From positions 52,227-116,226 of the forward strand of contig CAZYXZ010000003.1 in assembly GCA_964651395.1 (NCBI GenBank): a stretch of 64,000 bases of DNA, read 5' to 3'. Positions 41,101 to 48,574 of this stretch are shown here, piece by piece; position 1 is the first letter of the stretch, and every line of letters starts with the position of its first letter. The notes under the pieces are model-generated. The model saw only the letters and a program-made list of their open reading frames with translations. It ran no database searches and was not told where the DNA came from. The translations under genes were made by a program, and so were the position numbers. Source of the DNA: an uncultured Frankiaceae bacterium (lineage in GTDB: Bacteria; Actinomycetota; Actinomycetes; BP-191).

Positions 41101-41278
41101 CTGGCGCAAGGAGCAAGCAACCCGCGCCGCGGTGAGAGTCGCGGTCGAGGAAACCCTCGACCGGTTGCCGGAGAAGTTCACCCGGCAGCTCTACGCACAG
41201 AAGTGCGACGCGGTCTATCAGCATGTCTTCGACAGCTACTGGGACGACGGACACTCGATATACGAGCACGTCGCCTAG
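38114..41278 (+). CDS. hsdR: Type I restriction enzyme endonuclease/helicase subunit
   Basis: 1054 aa with an N-terminal PD-(D/E)xK region, the SF2 helicase motifs GSGKT and ITDEAHRTQ, and a C-terminal domain. It overlaps hsdS by 4 nt. Confidence 0.9.
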   Translation: MTPSGRYTEDQLVEQPAIQLFESLGWEAVNAYHETLGPNGTLGRDNKSEVFLTRRLRAAIERLNPMAPSEAVEQAVAELTKARTVMHYARANAEIHGLLRDRVEVSVRQPDGTTLPERLIVIDWDNPENNDFLLVSQLWVHSDLYRRRTDLVGYVNGIPLVFIELKASHRSLKHAYDDNLRDYRDAIPELFTPNGFIVLSNGADTKVGSITAGWEFFSEWKKIDSEGEQGSVSLETVIRGMCTKDRLLDIVENFIAYQDLPGGFVKILARNHQYLGVNNAMARLEELRHATPEERGKLGVFWHTQGSGKTISMLFFSQKVLRKLPGNWSFVIVTDRDDLDEQAYKEFSYAGAIAEKHMRATSSEHLRQLLGEDHRYVFTLIHKFRTDKGETHPVISDRDDVIVITDEAHRTQYDTLALNMRNALPNASFLGFTGTPLIAGEERTREVFGDYVSVYNFAASAADKATVPLYFENRIPQVAIENPNFADDLMAIVEEADLDDDQERKLGRLLGQQYELITRDDRLDAVAGDIVDHFLGRGFPGKALVVSIDKITAVRTYEKVQRFWAERLEHSKQAIAGGGLTEDEHDRLVREIVFMRNTDMAVVISQSQNEISDMAARGLDIKPHRKRMVEESLEDRFKDAQDPLRIAFVCSMWTTGFDVPSLSTVYLDKPLRNHTLMQTITRANRVFPEKNNGLIVAYVDVFSNLQKALAIYAIGGKPGDVPVEEKGALVDALSEAVGDLRAFCAAREVDLDALAGLTGFELVAEGKRTVELLMVDDDEKIAFLSRTALVDRLYKAILPDTRANQFSRLRAVSKFLADGIAAYTERPDVGSVLGRIQQLLDESVAAQEYVIPRTDAEALFDLGAVDWTGLQDAFKQGRPRTAAQRLRTLLAARITALVRLNPSRVDLVERFEKLVANYNAGSINTETFFQELLSFSASLSTEEARALSENLNEEQLAIFDLLMRPAPDLSDEEHAQVKRVAEELLAVLKRDKIVLDWRKEQATRAAVRVAVEETLDRLPEKFTRQLYAQKCDAVYQHVFDSYWDDGHSIYEHVA

Positions 41279-41399
41279 GGCGCAAACTGTCGTTGTCGAG
41301 CATCTGCTCGCCGCTACCTTCGCGCACTCGGCACCTGACGCCGCCCGTGGAGGACGATACGTGGCGCGATCTGCGATGAGAGGCATTGAGGATCTGCTC

Positions 41400-41858
41400 A
41401 TGACACGAGTGCTAGGCATCAACGTCGCGGGTTCGACGGCCTATCTCGCGCTCTGCGACGACGCGGAGATCACGAACGACAAGCCGGAGAAACTCGTCGC
41501 ACCCGATGGGCTGGCGGCTGACAGTGGCACGCTCGCATTTCTCGACGACATCGGCCGTGTGCTTGGTCAGCTCCGGGTTGAACGCGTTCGCGTCCTGGAC
41601 CCCGAGCCGACTTATTCGACCAGCGTCCAGAGTGTCGTCCCGAGGATCACGATCGAGACCCTGTTCCTGCTAGCCGCGTGGCAGCGAGGCCTCGACGCCG
41701 GCCGCATCAGTCGCGCCCGTATCCGGTCGCTGCTCGACCTGGGCCGATCGGGCTCGCTCAGCTCCTTGGCCGCGAGCGTGACCAAGCCCGTAGGCTCCTC
41801 GTGGACCGGCAAGCGCGATCTGGCGGCGCTGGCAGCGCTCGCCGGCGGGCGGGAGTGA
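41400..41858 (+). CDS. Hypothetical protein coupled to the Ser/Thr kinase (N-terminus faintly RNase-H/YqgF-like)
   Basis: GAGGA RBS and ATG 41400. The protein reads MTRVLGINVAGSTAYLALCDD.... Its stop is 2 nt before the kinase ATG, inside the kinase RBS (GGGAGTGAccATG). Confidence 0.45.
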   Translation: MTRVLGINVAGSTAYLALCDDAEITNDKPEKLVAPDGLAADSGTLAFLDDIGRVLGQLRVERVRVLDPEPTYSTSVQSVVPRITIETLFLLAAWQRGLDAGRISRARIRSLLDLGRSGSLSSLAASVTKPVGSSWTGKRDLAALAALAGGRE

Positions 41859-41860
41859 CC

Positions 41861-42967
41861 ATGGTGCTGCACGGCGAACGACTGGACCGGCCCACCTACA
41901 ACTTCCTGACGACCATCAACGAGGGCAACACTGGGATGGCGTACCTGGGCGTGCATGAGGTGTACGACCGCAAAGTCGTCCAAAAGGTCATCTCGCTGCT
42001 CGGGGTCGAGGACGCGATCGCGTTCAACGAGCCCCGCATGCTGAACGAGATGCGCCACCCACATCTCGTAGAGGTCTGGGAGGCCCAATGGGACCCGGAC
42101 AACAAGGCAGTCAAGGCGATCACATTCACCATGCCGTTCTACGAGGGCGGCAGCGTCAACCAGCAGCTCGCGACCGGCAGCCGGTTCAGCCTCGCCGAGG
42201 CGGTCAGCGTCACGCGCGGCACGCTCTCCGCGTTGCACTACCTCCACGTCGAGCGCGCCGTGCTGCACCGCGATATCAAGCCCGGCAACATCTTCCTCTC
42301 CGCAGACCGTCGTCACCCCTACCTCGGCGATCTGGGCAGCGCCGTCACCATGACCCCAGCCAGGGATGCAGAAGCGCGAAGCGGTACTCCGCTTTACCGC
42401 CCCCCGGAGAACCACCTCGGGCGGTACACCGTGCGCGGGGAGCTCTACGGACTCGGTATGACCCTGCGGGAGATGCTCCACGGGCCATACCCCTACGCCG
42501 ACTTCGACGACGCCACGATTGCCACTCGCCTGGACGCCGGCCGACGAGCCATCCCCGATCGCTTCTACGAGATCACGGCGCCGCAGGTTCCGGATGCACT
42601 AGCTCGACTCGCCCGCAGTCTCACCCATGCCGATCCGGCGCGACGGCCGGCGTCCGCCGCAGACGCTCTCAGGCGACTCGACAGCATCCGTTATCTGACG
42701 TGGCACGTCGTCCATGAGGACGCCGACAGGGTCGTGTGGGATGCCACGTGGTCTAACCAGCCCGCCAACCGGGCGAGGGTCTATCGCATTGAACTGACGC
42801 AGATTCGGCGCGGCCGCTACGCGGGACTCGTTCGTGCAGAGGCCCGCTGGCGCCCACCGGGCACCGCCGCCTGGCGTGGCATACGCGCCTTGGATGCCCG
42901 GCTTCGCTCGGACGATCGGGCGGCGCTACGGGGCGTCTTTTCAGCGGTCGAGCAAGCCGCGAGGTAA
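41861..42967 (+). CDS. Ser/Thr protein kinase (Hanks-type) with ~100-aa C-terminal extension
   Basis: Motifs: VVQKV (beta-3 Lys), catalytic loop HRDIKPGNIFL, LGDLGSA, GTPLYRPPE. Confidence 0.75.
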   Translation: MVLHGERLDRPTYNFLTTINEGNTGMAYLGVHEVYDRKVVQKVISLLGVEDAIAFNEPRMLNEMRHPHLVEVWEAQWDPDNKAVKAITFTMPFYEGGSVNQQLATGSRFSLAEAVSVTRGTLSALHYLHVERAVLHRDIKPGNIFLSADRRHPYLGDLGSAVTMTPARDAEARSGTPLYRPPENHLGRYTVRGELYGLGMTLREMLHGPYPYADFDDATIATRLDAGRRAIPDRFYEITAPQVPDALARLARSLTHADPARRPASAADALRRLDSIRYLTWHVVHEDADRVVWDATWSNQPANRARVYRIELTQIRRGRYAGLVRAEARWRPPGTAAWRGIRALDARLRSDDRAALRGVFSAVEQAAR

Positions 42968-43350
42968 CCGCTCACTTCGTCCACTGCTTGAACAACCGTC
43001 GGGTCCAGCCGTAGCACCGCACGCCTCGCCGCCGTCCGCGCACCCGCCGCAATTGCATACCCTGCAGTCAAGCCCGGGGCTTCCGTGACGAGCGAGCCCT
43101 CGGCCGCGAGCTCCCACAACGCGGGAGTAACCCCTCGAGCCCGACGCCCAACCTCGGCGTCCGGCTCGATCCGCAGCACTGGTAACCGAGCGTGAGACCA
43201 CGCCGCCCGGAACGCGTCGTCGCTGGCCACCCGGTCCATCAGCGTGCTGAGTCCGCGATGCAGCGGTGTGTGGTCGCGCGCGTCTAGCCAGCAGTCGTCG
43301 GCTGCTGCGAAGATCAGACGAAGCAGAAATGTCAGACCTGTATCAGACAT
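42817..43350 (-). CDS. Hypothetical protein
   Basis: ATG 43350 sits in an AT-rich divergent promoter region. The ~135-aa protein-like N-terminus is MSDTGLTFLLRLIFAAADDCWLDARDHTPLHRGL.... The C-terminal low-complexity tail overlaps the kinase 3' end by ~150 nt. Confidence 0.3.
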   Translation of the reverse strand: MSDTGLTFLLRLIFAAADDCWLDARDHTPLHRGLSTLMDRVASDDAFRAAWSHARLPVLRIEPDAEVGRRARGVTPALWELAAEGSLVTEAPGLTAGYAIAAGARTAARRAVLRLDPTVVQAVDEVSGYLAACSTAEKTPRSAARSSERSRASKARMPRQAAVPGGRQRASARTSPA

Positions 43351-43372
43351 ATGTTTATCGTAGGAGGCCGGT

Positions 43373-43702
43373 GTGACATCGGGAGTCGACGACACGTTGG
43401 ATCCCGGAGAACTCCTCTGCACATCACGCGACCGCCAGGTCGGGCTGCGGGTTCCTGTCGCCGTCAGCCAGCGCGTCGATGCACTCCTCGCCCGGGCCCG
43501 AGCGGCGGGCGAGCGGACGGACCGCAAGGAACTGATCACGGCCTTGTTGGCGGAGACAGATCTCTCCGGCGACCAACTGGGCGACTTGCTGCGGCGGTAT
43601 CGACGCATGACTGTCGCGCACGCCCTTCTGGACCAGAGCGCTGATGGCTCCGTTGTGAGACTCGCGCGAGCTCGGCCCGGGCCGCGCCCGCGTGCCTCCT
43701 GA
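43373..43702 (+). CDS. Small hypothetical protein (possible DNA-binding/regulatory)
   Basis: GTG start 7 nt after a TAGGAGG RBS; 109 aa, charged and helical (RKELITALLAETDLSGDQLGDLLRRYRR). Confidence 0.4.
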   Translation: MTSGVDDTLDPGELLCTSRDRQVGLRVPVAVSQRVDALLARARAAGERTDRKELITALLAETDLSGDQLGDLLRRYRRMTVAHALLDQSADGSVVRLARARPGPRPRAS

Positions 43703-43912
43703 CGCAGTAGCGGGGATGGCCCGTCATCACCGCAAGACTCAGCACGGCCATGACGAGTACTCCGGCCCAGTAGAGCCACGCGTTGCGTCCGCCGCGCTGA
43801 GGCGGATCGCTTGTGGCTCGATGCCCCGCCCATCGACAGGAACCCCGCTCACGGCGTCACCTTTCCACGAACGCGTCGGCGCGACATTGCGCGACAGCCC
43901 GGATCGACAGCG

Positions 43913-45085
43913 TCACGGAAGGCTCCAAAGCGGTTCGTAAGGTCCGGTCTTTCCCAACCAGTTCATCAATCGGAGAGGACCAACCGCGTTAGCCCACCAG
44001 CCGATGGCGACTGCCAGCTCAACTGGGGTCGCCAAGTACAGGTCTATGCAGTCGATGTCGTTCCGGTCCGAGAGCTCCGTCAGGGTGCTGCCAATCTGTG
44101 CAGCCCAAGCCGCGCAAGTGTTTGCGTCTTGAACTGCCGTTCTCGCGGTCCCTTTCGGGGGCTTGAGCGTGAGCCGTTCACGGTATTTGTCGCCGGCCCG
44201 CACCCGTGCAGTGATCCCGGCGTCGACGTCGCGACTCACTGCGACCCCCAACGCCGCCGCTCGGGCATCGATCGGACCGGCCGGGAAGGCTTCCCGCACA
44301 AGAGGCTCGACGGCATCGGGCCTACGGATCGTGTGGAACTCCTCCTCTCCCCGTGGCATGCGAATGGTGTAGCCGGTTGGTTCGGCGAACGCGTACCCAA
44401 TGGCTGCAGCAATGGGCAGGTGCGACTTGATGGCCAGTTGGAGGGTCGACGGCCCGTATCGGGCCTTCAGCAATCCGGCCACAGTTGCGAGGGCTTCCTT
44501 CAGATCCGCACGCGTGGCTTCGTCGATCGCACCTGAGCTGAATCGATGGCGCCAATCGACACTGAGGACAGCGGTGTCTCGCATGTCTGCCGTGTCGTCG
44601 TAGGTGACGAGGCGCATCGACGCCGGCAGGTTCTCGCTGTAGGCCCGCGCAATGAGTGCCTCTGCCACACGCGCTGCGACGGCGCGCGCCGTCACAGTCG
44701 GATCAGAGCCTGGCTGAACGACGTGGCCGTTCTGCTCGCCCAGTTCGAATCCTGTCGCCTCGCGCAGGCGATCGCTGCCTTCGCTCGGCGTCATGTCATC
44801 GAACACCGGGATGACGAGCAGGCCGTGGCCGGACCGCGCCGCGGCGATAGCTGGGAGCTCGACAGTCGCGACGTACTCGGACGCCAACAGCCTCGCATCG
44901 ACCCACACAATCGCCGCCCTGCAGGTGGCGAGGTCCGCAAGCACGAACTCGGTCGTCCCTGCTCCTACCGTTAGGCTCTCGACGTCGCGCCATGGCGTGA
45001 CTCCATGTTCAGAGAGTGCCTCGACAAGAAGGCGTCGTTCGTCCCGACTACCCGAGTAGCTGATGAACGTTCGGTTCACGCGCAA
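43913..45085 (-). CDS. TIR-domain effector with C-terminal putative SAVED-like sensor domain (CBASS Cap-type effector)
   Basis: The N-terminus FISYSGSRDERRLLVEALSEHGVTPWRD... is a typical TIR fold with a WxxxE-like segment (SEYVATVEL). The ~250-aa C-terminal domain is putative SAVED. The TTG start overlaps the upstream gene's stop by 10 nt. Confidence 0.65.
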   Translation of the reverse strand: MRVNRTFISYSGSRDERRLLVEALSEHGVTPWRDVESLTVGAGTTEFVLADLATCRAAIVWVDARLLASEYVATVELPAIAAARSGHGLLVIPVFDDMTPSEGSDRLREATGFELGEQNGHVVQPGSDPTVTARAVAARVAEALIARAYSENLPASMRLVTYDDTADMRDTAVLSVDWRHRFSSGAIDEATRADLKEALATVAGLLKARYGPSTLQLAIKSHLPIAAAIGYAFAEPTGYTIRMPRGEEEFHTIRRPDAVEPLVREAFPAGPIDARAAALGVAVSRDVDAGITARVRAGDKYRERLTLKPPKGTARTAVQDANTCAAWAAQIGSTLTELSDRNDIDCIDLYLATPVELAVAIGWWANAVGPLRLMNWLGKTGPYEPLWSLP

Positions 45086-47142
45086 GCCTCCGGGGATGCA
45101 GCGGGCAGGTCGCCGGCCTCGCAGATGTCAGCCGGGATCAGCTGCCCTTCGGTGACTACGTGCCCACGAACGAGTCTTGTGTCCGCGTGCACGATCACAA
45201 GCACCGGTTCGTCGGTGCCCGACTCCTCGGCGAGCGCAAGCATGCTGGCGACGTCGAGGTGGCTCGGACCGCTGGGCTCCGGGCCTGTGTGGGAGTGCCA
45301 CTCACCGAGATAGCCCAGACGCTCGTCCGCGTCGTGAAACGGTTCCACGGTGCGCGGAACGCTGTGCGCGGCGATCCTGAAGCTCTGGGGAGCAGCACCG
45401 GGATCGGAGACCTCGACTGCGGCTGTCACAACTGGTCTGGCATCGATGAGCGCGCCGACAAGGACCCCGCCGGTCTCGTTGGGCGCAGCGGCACTGGCCG
45501 CGGACCGCATACTCGCCAGCGCGCTCTCCACCACGTCGATCGTCCTCGTCATGTCCGTCCGACGCAGGCGCCCCACTCTGTGGAACGGGACGGGTCCCGA
45601 ACGAAGTACCTCGATCACCTCGTCGGGCTGCTCATTGCGGCCGACAAGGAAGTCGACGACCACCTCGGAAGCTAGTGCGGCTGCATGCACGACTGCGATC
45701 GGAGGCGAGTTGTGGACCAGCGCTAGGCAACCCGTCTCCGAGCCGACGTATTCGACCTCCTCCTCTAACGGGGTGATTTCGGGATACGCGTCGAGGTGCG
45801 GGCGCCGGATGAACAGAGTGTCCGAAGGCAGCGCTTGTCGGCGTACTCGCGCAACGGTCCCTCCCCGAAACAGCGCGGCCGAGACCAACGGCCTCTGCTG
45901 GGCGGCCGCGACCTGTCCGGCCAGCTGAGACAGACCCACGAAACCGGTCGCTTCGACAGTCACATCGACGTCCGCGAGCAGTTCGCGCAGCCCGTCAATC
46001 GACCACTTGATGCCGTAGTCGTCCTCCGCTGGTACTTCGACGCGGACCCACGGGTATTGCTCCAGGTCCGCCTGCAGGGCGTGGGTCTTCAACGTCGCCG
46101 CGGGAGTGCCCGGCGCGGCAGCATGGCGGATCAGGTTGGCTGGCCAGAGCCGGTCCGAGTCCACAAGGCGCAGCGTGCCCACGCCGGCACGGGCGAGGAG
46201 CTCGGCGACGTGCGACCCGACGGCACCGACGCCGAGGATCGCGACCCGTTTCCCCTGCAGTGTCGCCGCGTCGGGTCCGGCCCGCAGCAGCAGCTCGTCC
46301 GGGCCGTTTGGCCGTAGCGCTACGAGGGCGGTTTCCCGCGCGCCGTCAGCGCCGCGGACCGAGAGAAGCATCGTCGCCACGAGCCCGGCGTTGTTGCGCC
46401 AGATGAGGCCGAACATGACGACAGCGCGATCGCGAAGGTCCTTGTCGAGTCGTTCGCGTTGCCGATCGGTCAGCAGTGACCGGAACTCATCGAGGTTGCG
46501 TGGTGGCCCTGAGACGTTTTCGCGCAAGAACCATCGGCCGCGGACCTGGCCGTAGTTCACTCCGCCGGGCAGCGGGCTGCCCGCTGTGTACGCGCCCGGG
46601 CGCAGGTCGTAGACAGCTCCTGGACTGGGGCGCCCGTCCGCCGATACCGCATCCGCGAACTGGAACTCACCGTGCTGACCATCGGCGGTCTCGCCGGACA
46701 GCAGCCCCTCCAGATCGACGAGTCCGGCAACCATCGGCATCGGCTGCTGCCAGTAGATCTCGGGGTTGCGCGCATTCTCCGAACGAGCAAATCCGAGATC
46801 AGCGTCCTCGACCCACTCTGCGATCCGCGCACTCAACCCGTCGAGAGTGGTCCACCGTTGGCTCGCATCCTCCGCCTGCCAGATGCACAGGCGTTCTTGG
46901 TCGGCGTGCCAGTTTGAGATCCCCGGGACGATGAGCAGTGGCGGAAGGTATGGCCACGAGACCCTCAGACGGATGCCCATGCGCTCCGCGGTCGTGTACC
47001 CAGCGGAGATAAGGGCGGGATCCGTGGGGCCCGTCCAGGTCCAATCGTCTTCGCGTACGTAGCCGGCCCGCTCGAGTTCACCGATGAAGGATCGGAGGCT
47101 GTCGGGGTCTGCAGCGGAGTCGAACGGCGGGTCAGCGACCAC
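45076..47142 (-). CDS. E2-like / E1 (ThiF/MoeB Rossmann) / JAB (JAMM) deubiquitinase-like fusion protein (Cap2+Cap3-type CBASS accessory)
   Basis: The N-terminus is E2-like (WHADQERLCIW, candidate catalytic Cys). The middle is a ThiF Rossmann domain (RVAILGVGAVGSHVAELLARAGVGTLRLVDSDRL). The C-terminus carries JAMM-type GEWHSHTGPEPSGPSHLD. The GTG start at 47142 overlaps the CD-NTase stop. The longer ORF N-terminal extension (to 47562) is low-complexity and is rejected. Confidence 0.7.
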   Translation of the reverse strand: MVADPPFDSAADPDSLRSFIGELERAGYVREDDWTWTGPTDPALISAGYTTAERMGIRLRVSWPYLPPLLIVPGISNWHADQERLCIWQAEDASQRWTTLDGLSARIAEWVEDADLGFARSENARNPEIYWQQPMPMVAGLVDLEGLLSGETADGQHGEFQFADAVSADGRPSPGAVYDLRPGAYTAGSPLPGGVNYGQVRGRWFLRENVSGPPRNLDEFRSLLTDRQRERLDKDLRDRAVVMFGLIWRNNAGLVATMLLSVRGADGARETALVALRPNGPDELLLRAGPDAATLQGKRVAILGVGAVGSHVAELLARAGVGTLRLVDSDRLWPANLIRHAAAPGTPAATLKTHALQADLEQYPWVRVEVPAEDDYGIKWSIDGLRELLADVDVTVEATGFVGLSQLAGQVAAAQQRPLVSAALFRGGTVARVRRQALPSDTLFIRRPHLDAYPEITPLEEEVEYVGSETGCLALVHNSPPIAVVHAAALASEVVVDFLVGRNEQPDEVIEVLRSGPVPFHRVGRLRRTDMTRTIDVVESALASMRSAASAAAPNETGGVLVGALIDARPVVTAAVEVSDPGAAPQSFRIAAHSVPRTVEPFHDADERLGYLGEWHSHTGPEPSGPSHLDVASMLALAEESGTDEPVLVIVHADTRLVRGHVVTEGQLIPADICEAGDLPAASPEACA

Positions 47143-48256
47143 CGAATCCTCGCTCTGCGCTCCCGCCCACGGCCAGATTGGCCGCTGCGGCGCCCATCGT
47201 GGCGCCCGTGCCACGGCAACCAGGCGGGAGTGGGAAGACCTGCGTGTCCCGGCCGTTGCCTCCGAAGACCGCACGCCATTCATGTGCCGCCTGGCATTGC
47301 GAGTCCGCGGTGACGGCGCTCCTCGCTCGTCTTGCCAGCATCGCGAATGTCTCCGCAGCGACTTGCGATTCGGCTTGCGTTGGCGCCGGCTGGTAGGGCA
47401 CGTCGAGAACTGGGTCGCGGATCGGCTCGCTCGAAGCCAGGCGGGACGCCAAGAACACCAACGCAGACTCTGCGATATCAGCCCAGCTCGCTCCAACGAT
47501 CGCACCCGTTCGGAAACCCTCGTGTAGAGCCATCTCGTAGTAGAGCGCGCCTGGCTTTGCATCGGGCAAGTGCGCGGACTTGATCTGCCGGACCATCCTC
47601 ACGACGCGAACGAATCCACCGATGCCGTCGATCTGCGGATCCCGGTTGCGCTCGTGAGTGAGGTCCGTGAGTGCAACTGGGTTGGTGAGACGCCAACGTC
47701 CGCTGCGCGCCACTACATCTGTTCGGGGATCGCGCTGCACCTCGGGGATTCCGTAGTGCTTCCCCCACTTGACCGCAGGCACGACGTCCACCGAGAACTC
47801 GAACGCCAGCTCCGGTAGCCGCTGAATCACCGACTCCGCGCGGGTTGCCTCCCATTCGTAGACCTGTGCCGCGCTTCTCAGTGATGCCACGCTCGGCGTT
47901 CGAGTGCGACTGAAGGCGATCTTGAACGACCGCGGTTGCCTTGTGAGTCGTGATTGCGCAGCGAACGGGTCCAAGGCTCGGCCGAACATCTCGTAGGTTT
48001 CGTCGGCAGTGATCGACTCCGTGTTCTCTGAGGACAGCCGCCCGAAGACGTCGACATCCTTGCCCGGCCACGTGGATACCTTGCGCCCGTAGCTGCCGAT
48101 GAGGACGTCTTCCAGGCCGTGCCCGAGCAGCTCGGTGCTGGATCGCAGGACCTGCCGCACCTCTTGATGCGCCGCGATCGCGATCAGGGCTCTGTCCCCC
48201 AGCCGGATCCGCTGCTGCATGACCGTGAATTGAGGGTTCAGCTCGAACCTCGCCAT
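47132..48256 (-). CDS. cGAS/DncV-like nucleotidyltransferase (CD-NTase, SMODS family)
   Basis: Polymerase-beta-type motif IGSYGRKVSTWPGKDVDVFGRL (GS...DxD). Start is placed at ATG 48256 (MARFELNPQF...). Confidence 0.75.
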   Translation of the reverse strand: MARFELNPQFTVMQQRIRLGDRALIAIAAHQEVRQVLRSSTELLGHGLEDVLIGSYGRKVSTWPGKDVDVFGRLSSENTESITADETYEMFGRALDPFAAQSRLTRQPRSFKIAFSRTRTPSVASLRSAAQVYEWEATRAESVIQRLPELAFEFSVDVVPAVKWGKHYGIPEVQRDPRTDVVARSGRWRLTNPVALTDLTHERNRDPQIDGIGGFVRVVRMVRQIKSAHLPDAKPGALYYEMALHEGFRTGAIVGASWADIAESALVFLASRLASSEPIRDPVLDVPYQPAPTQAESQVAAETFAMLARRARSAVTADSQCQAAHEWRAVFGGNGRDTQVFPLPPGCRGTGATMGAAAANLAVGGSAERGFGGR

Positions 48257-48427
48257 CTGCGGTCCAATCGATGCGCTGTCGTGGGGTCTACACGGCCCTT
48301 GCGGTCCCATCAGAGATATCACTCGGGTGTGACAACTTGGCCCGGTGTGGGGCATGCCTGTGGACGACCGGGGACAACGGATGGCTAGGGGTCGGACTCC
48401 GCTTCCGCACGGTCATGGTGATCAGGT

Positions 48428-48495
48428 CGTGCGCAGAAGTTTGATCACGCGCTGATCAGATAGCTCTGCAATTGATCACTGGAATTGCCACCTAC
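48428..48495. repeat. Related motif copy GCGCAGAAGTTTGATCACGCGC plus TCTGCAATTGATCACTGGAATTGC palindrome at the right island edge
   Basis: Similar to AGAAGTTGATCTTGCGCGC (19918) and TCTGCAATTGCGCAG (19797). It lies in the lower-GC spacer between the CD-NTase start and the dnaB stop. Confidence 0.4.
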
Positions 48496-48574
48496 AATTC
48501 GCCTCGGAACGCCCGCGATTCGCCGAAGTCGCCCCGTGACGCGGGAATTTGCCCCTAGGGTGCTGTGTCAGCAT

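Noticed and set aside
47142-47562. N-terminal 140-aa extension of ORF 45076..47562
   Set aside because: The extension (MQSQARSTTRWLYTRVSERV...) overlaps 430 nt of the CD-NTase gene and is low-complexity. The GTG at 47142 overlapping the cyclase stop gives a clean E2-like N-terminus.
22216-48574. CRISPR array or cas genes accompanying the Tn7-like element (CAST)
   Set aside because: No short regularly spaced direct-repeat array and no Cas-like ORFs were seen. The tniQ paralogs are followed by the GHKL-DUF3883 gene instead.
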